A DNA stretch of 64,000 nucleotides, from positions 162,635 through 226,634 of the forward strand of contig CAJOGD010000001.1 of NCBI GenBank assembly GCA_905233975.1. Reading direction: 5' to 3'. The translations under genes were made by a program, and so were the position numbers. This DNA is from an uncultured Alphaproteobacteria bacterium. GTDB taxonomy: Bacteria; Pseudomonadota; Alphaproteobacteria; Rs-D84. Every line of letters begins with the position of its first letter. Position 1 is the first letter of the stretch. Shown piece by piece: positions 60,148-64,000 of the stretch. Under the pieces are notes generated by a model. It had not been told where the DNA came from and did no database searches. It was given only the letters and a program-made list of their open reading frames with translations.

Positions 60148-60888
60148 ATGAATAATGATATGTTAAAAGATTTGGTCATGGCGGGTGTAAAATGGGAACT
60201 GGGCGACGAAACCGTTGGATTTGTTGCGCAATCCGCGCCCCAGCCCCAGCCACGCGTGCGAACGATTCCAAATGTTGTGCCACCGATTTCACCGGTGCTA
60301 ACTGTTTCGATTGAAACGGCACGCGCCATGGCCGAAAGGCCGACAACAACCGCCGTTTTGGCACGCATGATAGATGAATTTAATCACCCGCTGCGTGCGT
60401 CGGTATCAAATGTTGTCGTGCCGCATATTGCGCCGAATCCAAATGGCGTTTTGGTGATTACCGATATCCCGTCCAGTGAAGATGACGCAAATGGTAGGAT
60501 TCTGTCGGGCGCGGCGGGCGAATTGTTTGATAAAATGATTGGTGCAATTGGTATGTCGCGCGAAAGCGTTTCGATTTCTCCGATTCTGTTTTGGCGCACG
60601 CCGGGCGGGCGCACGCCGTCGCGGGTGGAACTGGATTTGGGGCGGCCGTTTGTGAATCGGTTAATCGAACTGCTGGAACCGCGGATAATTATAACACTGG
60701 GGACATTGGCGGCGGCGGAAATCGCGGGCGTTGATTTAATGCGGGGGCATGGTGCCGAAACGGTTTTGCAGAACGACATTCACGTGTTTTCGATTTATCA
60801 TCCGAATTATTTGATTCTTAAAAGTGCGGCGAAACAAGATGTTTGGACGGTGCTGCAAAATGTGCAAAAAATGTTGAAAACTGTGTAA
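60148..60888 (+). CDS. Uracil-DNA glycosylase superfamily protein (family 4/5-like)
   Basis: The UDG-fold motif positions are ITDIPSSEDD...GAAGELFDKM and a C-terminal HPNYL (HPSP-like) motif. Confidence 0.45.
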   Translation: MNNDMLKDLVMAGVKWELGDETVGFVAQSAPQPQPRVRTIPNVVPPISPVLTVSIETARAMAERPTTTAVLARMIDEFNHPLRASVSNVVVPHIAPNPNGVLVITDIPSSEDDANGRILSGAAGELFDKMIGAIGMSRESVSISPILFWRTPGGRTPSRVELDLGRPFVNRLIELLEPRIIITLGTLAAAEIAGVDLMRGHGAETVLQNDIHVFSIYHPNYLILKSAAKQDVWTVLQNVQKMLKTV

Positions 60889-60931
60889 AATCGTGTATAA
60901 TTCGCGCGTAAACACTTAAAAGGAGCCTACA

Positions 60932-61489
60932 ATTAAACCGCAAAATAATCGTGATAATCGGCGTGATATGGGACCACGCACAAACAATAGAATAATCGCA
61001 AAGTCTGTTCAGGTTATCGGTGCAGACGGCCAAAATCTGGGTGTTATGCCAACGGCGGACGCATTACAGATTGCAATGGATTTGGGACTTGATTTGGTGG
61101 AATTAAATGCAAATTCTGTGCCGCCTGTTGCGAAAATAATGGATTTTGGAAAATTCAAATACGAACAGAAAAAACGCGCAAACGAAGCCAAGAAAAAACA
61201 AAAAATCACCGAATTGAAAGAGGTTTGGATAAAACCTTTTATCGAAGAAAACGATTTGCAAATCAAATTGCGCAAGGTTCTTGAATTCCTTGATGCCGGT
61301 GACAAGGTTAAAATATCGGTCATGACCAAGGGAAATCGTCGCGTGCTGGCCATTGGACGTGATTCTGTGCCGGCGTTGTTCGAACATGTCATCGAATTAA
61401 TCGGCGAACATGGAACACTGGAAAGTCGTTCCAAACCGGACGAGCGAACAAAGTCAATTATTGTTGCGCCGGCAAAACCGGCAAAGTAA
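60932..61489 (+). CDS. infC: Translation initiation factor IF-3, probably starting at a non-canonical AUU
   Basis: IF-3 N- and C-domain motifs (VQVIGADGQNLGVM, PPVAKIMDFGK). An in-frame ATT at 60932 lies 6 nt after SD 'aaaggag', which fits the classic autoregulated AUU start. The ORF-track ATG at 60968 would give a truncated N-terminus. Confidence 0.75.
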   Translation: MKPQNNRDNRRDMGPRTNNRIIAKSVQVIGADGQNLGVMPTADALQIAMDLGLDLVELNANSVPPVAKIMDFGKFKYEQKKRANEAKKKQKITELKEVWIKPFIEENDLQIKLRKVLEFLDAGDKVKISVMTKGNRRVLAIGRDSVPALFEHVIELIGEHGTLESRSKPDERTKSIIVAPAKPAK

Positions 61490-61557
61490 AAAAATCCGCC
61501 GTCTGGCGGATTTTTTAGCGGTTAGTGTAAGTGTTAGTGGTTAATGCGGGCGCGGTC

Positions 61558-62655
61558 TTATTTGCGTTTTCCCCCACGAAACAATCCGCTTAAAAATCCA
61601 TTGCGACATTTTGTTGATTCGTTTTGTGTTTGTAACGCTGTAAAATATTTAGCTTCGGCCGCCTTGGTTGCGGTGACCAAATCCGCGCGAATATCGACAA
61701 GTGGCCGCGGATTTCCGTCTGAACCACGCCATGGAACGGTTATCTTTTCACCTTCGGCGGCACCAAGTGTGACATTTCCAAACGAATCAAACGCAACAAG
61801 AACTTCGTTGTTCGGACAGAGAATTGTGAATTGCGGCGTTGGGTTGTGAAATGCATACGGAATGTTTGTGGCGCGGCCATTACTGGAAACATACGGGGCA
61901 GAGCTGTATTCCAGTGCCAATCGGCCATTCACGAGGACCACAGAGTCGTTTTTAACTTCTTGGGTTTTGGGGTCAATAAGTTGTCCCCATTCGGCCGATA
62001 TGCCGGCATTGCGTAATTTGTTCAACAATTCGTCAAACATTAGTCTATCAAAATCGAAAGAAGACACGCGGACAGCGTACGTTGCGCCATTGATTTTTTG
62101 TTGTGATAACCTTTTAAGGACTTCGAAATCACGTTCCATGCAATTGTTATGAAAACGATCTAATGATAATTGTATTTCAAAAGGATAATGCGTACGTGCG
62201 TTTTTAGATGTTATAACTTTTGGCCTTTGTCGCAGCATTAGGTTGTGAATGTCGTTAAAAACTGTATCGCAAAATGGTTGGTCAACAAAGTATGCATTGG
62301 TGTTGGCGGCAACAAGAACTTTGCGGTTTAGCGCATATTCAATAATATTTGTGAAATAATGTCTGCGTGCATTAGGCGCGTCTAGAAATTCATAGGCGGA
62401 CGTTGGTTCGCCACCGGTCACGATAAAGTTTTTTGAAAAAAGAGGATCTTGTAAGGCCTGGTCTATATAACCGGTAATAACTTTTTCTGGGATAAAGTTT
62501 TTGGGTTGGTCGGGGCCAGAATTTTCAAAACAGTGCGCGCATTTATCAGGGCAAAAATGTGTGGTTTTGACCACCAGTGCGTATGGTTGGTTCGCGACAA
62601 GGTTCGAAATGGTGCCGTTTTCACAGAATAGAAAAAATTCTGGTGCTGGCTGCAT
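61558..62655 (-). CDS. Radical SAM domain protein of unknown function (365 aa)
   Basis: CPDKCAHC is a CX3CX2C motif at residues ~35-42. A glycine-rich SAM-binding region GGEPT follows. Confidence 0.6.
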   Translation of the reverse strand: MQPAPEFFLFCENGTISNLVANQPYALVVKTTHFCPDKCAHCFENSGPDQPKNFIPEKVITGYIDQALQDPLFSKNFIVTGGEPTSAYEFLDAPNARRHYFTNIIEYALNRKVLVAANTNAYFVDQPFCDTVFNDIHNLMLRQRPKVITSKNARTHYPFEIQLSLDRFHNNCMERDFEVLKRLSQQKINGATYAVRVSSFDFDRLMFDELLNKLRNAGISAEWGQLIDPKTQEVKNDSVVLVNGRLALEYSSAPYVSSNGRATNIPYAFHNPTPQFTILCPNNEVLVAFDSFGNVTLGAAEGEKITVPWRGSDGNPRPLVDIRADLVTATKAAEAKYFTALQTQNESTKCRNGFLSGLFRGGKRK

Positions 62656-62791
62656 ATAAGAGCTCCTTTTGTTATGGCTTGTATTTTATGTTAACACAAA
62701 ATAATCGATTGTCAATAATTTTAGCGGGATTTATCATTTGATTTTTGGATAATCTTTTTGTATCTTTGACCCGTACTACAAGGGGTTTTAA

Positions 62792-62995
62792 ATGGATAAC
62801 GATAAATTAACGTTTGAAGAGGCGTATAAACAACTGACCGAACTGGTCAAAAAAATGGAATCGGGTGAAATGCCACTTGCGGATTCGGTCGCCGCGTATG
62901 AACAGGGAATAAAGTTAAAGGCCTATTGCGAACAGTTGCTGAAAGAGGCCGAATTGAAAATCGAAACGCTTAAGATTACAAGCCCGAACGAATAA
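62792..62995 (+). CDS. xseB: Exodeoxyribonuclease VII small subunit
   Basis: The 67-aa helical protein starts with an XseB-like LTFEEAYKQLTELVKKMESGEMPLADSVAAYEQG. Confidence 0.75.
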   Translation: MDNDKLTFEEAYKQLTELVKKMESGEMPLADSVAAYEQGIKLKAYCEQLLKEAELKIETLKITSPNE

Positions 62996-63006
62996 CGGAT
63001 TTGGCG

Positions 63007-64000
63007 ATGGCCGATAAAAGTAAATTGACACCGGTAATGCAACAGTATGTGGATTTCAAAGCTGAAAATCCCGATGCTTTGCTTATGTTTCGGCTTGGTG
63101 ATTTTTATGAATCTTTCTTTGAAGACGCAAAAACAATAAGTTCTAAATTGGGTTTGGTTCTGACGTCGCGCGGGACGGACGGCGATGGTGCGGATATTCC
63201 GATGTGTGGTATTCCATGGCATGCGGCCGAGGGGTATTTCGGTCGCCTGGTGCGGGCTGGATATAAACTTGCGTTGGTTGAGCAAATGGAAACCCCGGCC
63301 CAGGCAAAAGAGCGCGGACATAAATACATCGAACGAAAAATCACGCGTGTTTTGACGCCGGGGACACTTACCGATGAAAATTTATTGTCGCCAAAAAGTT
63401 CAAATTTCTTGGTGGCGATTGTGCGCGTGGGCGGCGAAAGTTTTGACTTTGCGGGGTGTGATATTTCGACGGGTGAATTCTTTGTTGGCCGCACAGACGA
63501 CATTATTGACGACATGGTTCGTATTTCGCCGGCGGAAATAATTTATCCGGCATCGGACGCGGAACATGAAACAATTTTGCATGTTCGCGATATGTTCAAG
63601 GCAACGCCGGTGTTTGACAAGATTTATCGTCGTGGCGACATAGACACGATAATTGGTGCGGTCTTTTCCGGCGTGCGTGCCGAAGAACGACAAGAAAACA
63701 TTGCGATTGGGTTGCTTGCCGCGTATTTGTTTAATACGCAACGTGGCGCGTCGCTAACCTTTCGGGCACCGTATAAATTTAATGCCGGGGCGCAATTGTT
63801 GGTTGATTCTGCAACATGGAAAAGTTTGGAAATTGATTCCGCGCTAAACGACGGCGGGCGTTGTTTGTTGGACGTGTTGGACAATACGAAAACCGCCGCG
63901 GGTGGACGAAAGTTGCGCGCGTATTTGCGTAATCCGGTGGCGGATGCGGTCGAAATCAAAAATCGTCAGGACCACATTGAACACATGGTTTTAAATTCGG
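63007..64000 (+). CDS. mutS: DNA mismatch repair protein MutS (N-terminal part; continues beyond the window)
   Basis: Mismatch-binding domain LTPVMQQYVDFKAENPDALLMFRLGDFYESFFEDA with the conserved Phe-x-Glu. Confidence 0.85.
   Translation, partial: MADKSKLTPVMQQYVDFKAENPDALLMFRLGDFYESFFEDAKTISSKLGLVLTSRGTDGDGADIPMCGIPWHAAEGYFGRLVRAGYKLALVEQMETPAQAKERGHKYIERKITRVLTPGTLTDENLLSPKSSNFLVAIVRVGGESFDFAGCDISTGEFFVGRTDDIIDDMVRISPAEIIYPASDAEHETILHVRDMFKATPVFDKIYRRGDIDTIIGAVFSGVRAEERQENIAIGLLAAYLFNTQRGASLTFRAPYKFNAGAQLLVDSATWKSLEIDSALNDGGRCLLDVLDNTKTAAGGRKLRAYLRNPVADAVEIKNRQDHIEHMVLNS

Noticed and set aside
37848-61545. CRISPR array interpretation of the TTAGTG or CACTAA tracts
   Set aside because: The repeat units are 6 nt, degenerate and contiguous. 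There are no spacers of regular length, and the tracts occur as short inverted arms rather than arrays.

Overview
This window is a chromosomal core region of a Gram-negative bacterium, probably an alphaproteobacterium with a reduced or host-associated genome. That placement rests on a type-2 (eukaryote-like) IleRS, RpoH, the rsmG-parA-parB arrangement and the mix of LPS, Pal, Skp and BamB genes; I have no database hit behind it. The housekeeping genes are densely packed: rpmI-rplT-pheS-pheT, ileS, nth, mnmG, fabG, fabD, queH, metG, lpxD-fabZ, rsmE, rpoH, mreB, rnpA-yidD, accB-accC, der, dnaX, recF, a TolC/MacAB-like efflux set, gpsA, rsmG-parA-parB, pal, infC, xseB and the 5' end of mutS, plus tRNA-Thr, tRNA-Val and tRNA-Cys. 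Within this core sits an accessory system that I cannot assign to any described family. It has three parts. First, four paralogous genes plus one unrelated gene encode Sec-signal secreted proteins. The four paralogs share an almost identical ~170-aa N-terminus in a mosaic pattern, carry unrelated C-terminal domains, and end in YIPQ(N/E)Q. Second, each gene is preceded by one of two classes of long conserved 5' leader. Every leader begins with an extended -10 box (TTTTGATAnAATAG). The 5' UTRs are 65-350 nt long, show conserved or covarying hairpins, and have a terminator-like hairpin just before the RBS. Third, a family of MITE-like composite repeats flanks the cassettes. Their terminal arms are built from the hexamer TTAGTG or CACTAA, and they contain internal 'gtcataccgc..gcggtatgac' palindromes. 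One cassette (22010-23631) is flanked by a 57-bp direct duplication of the fabZ/VIT-gene junction, which is a clear insertion footprint. Other notable items are a duplicated, divergent ThyX-like gene in an operon with a DHFR-like gene, a stand-alone VirD4/TraG coupling protein, a type IV pilin-like gene beside a TfoX-N-domain gene, and a candidate structured ncRNA between nth and mnmG.
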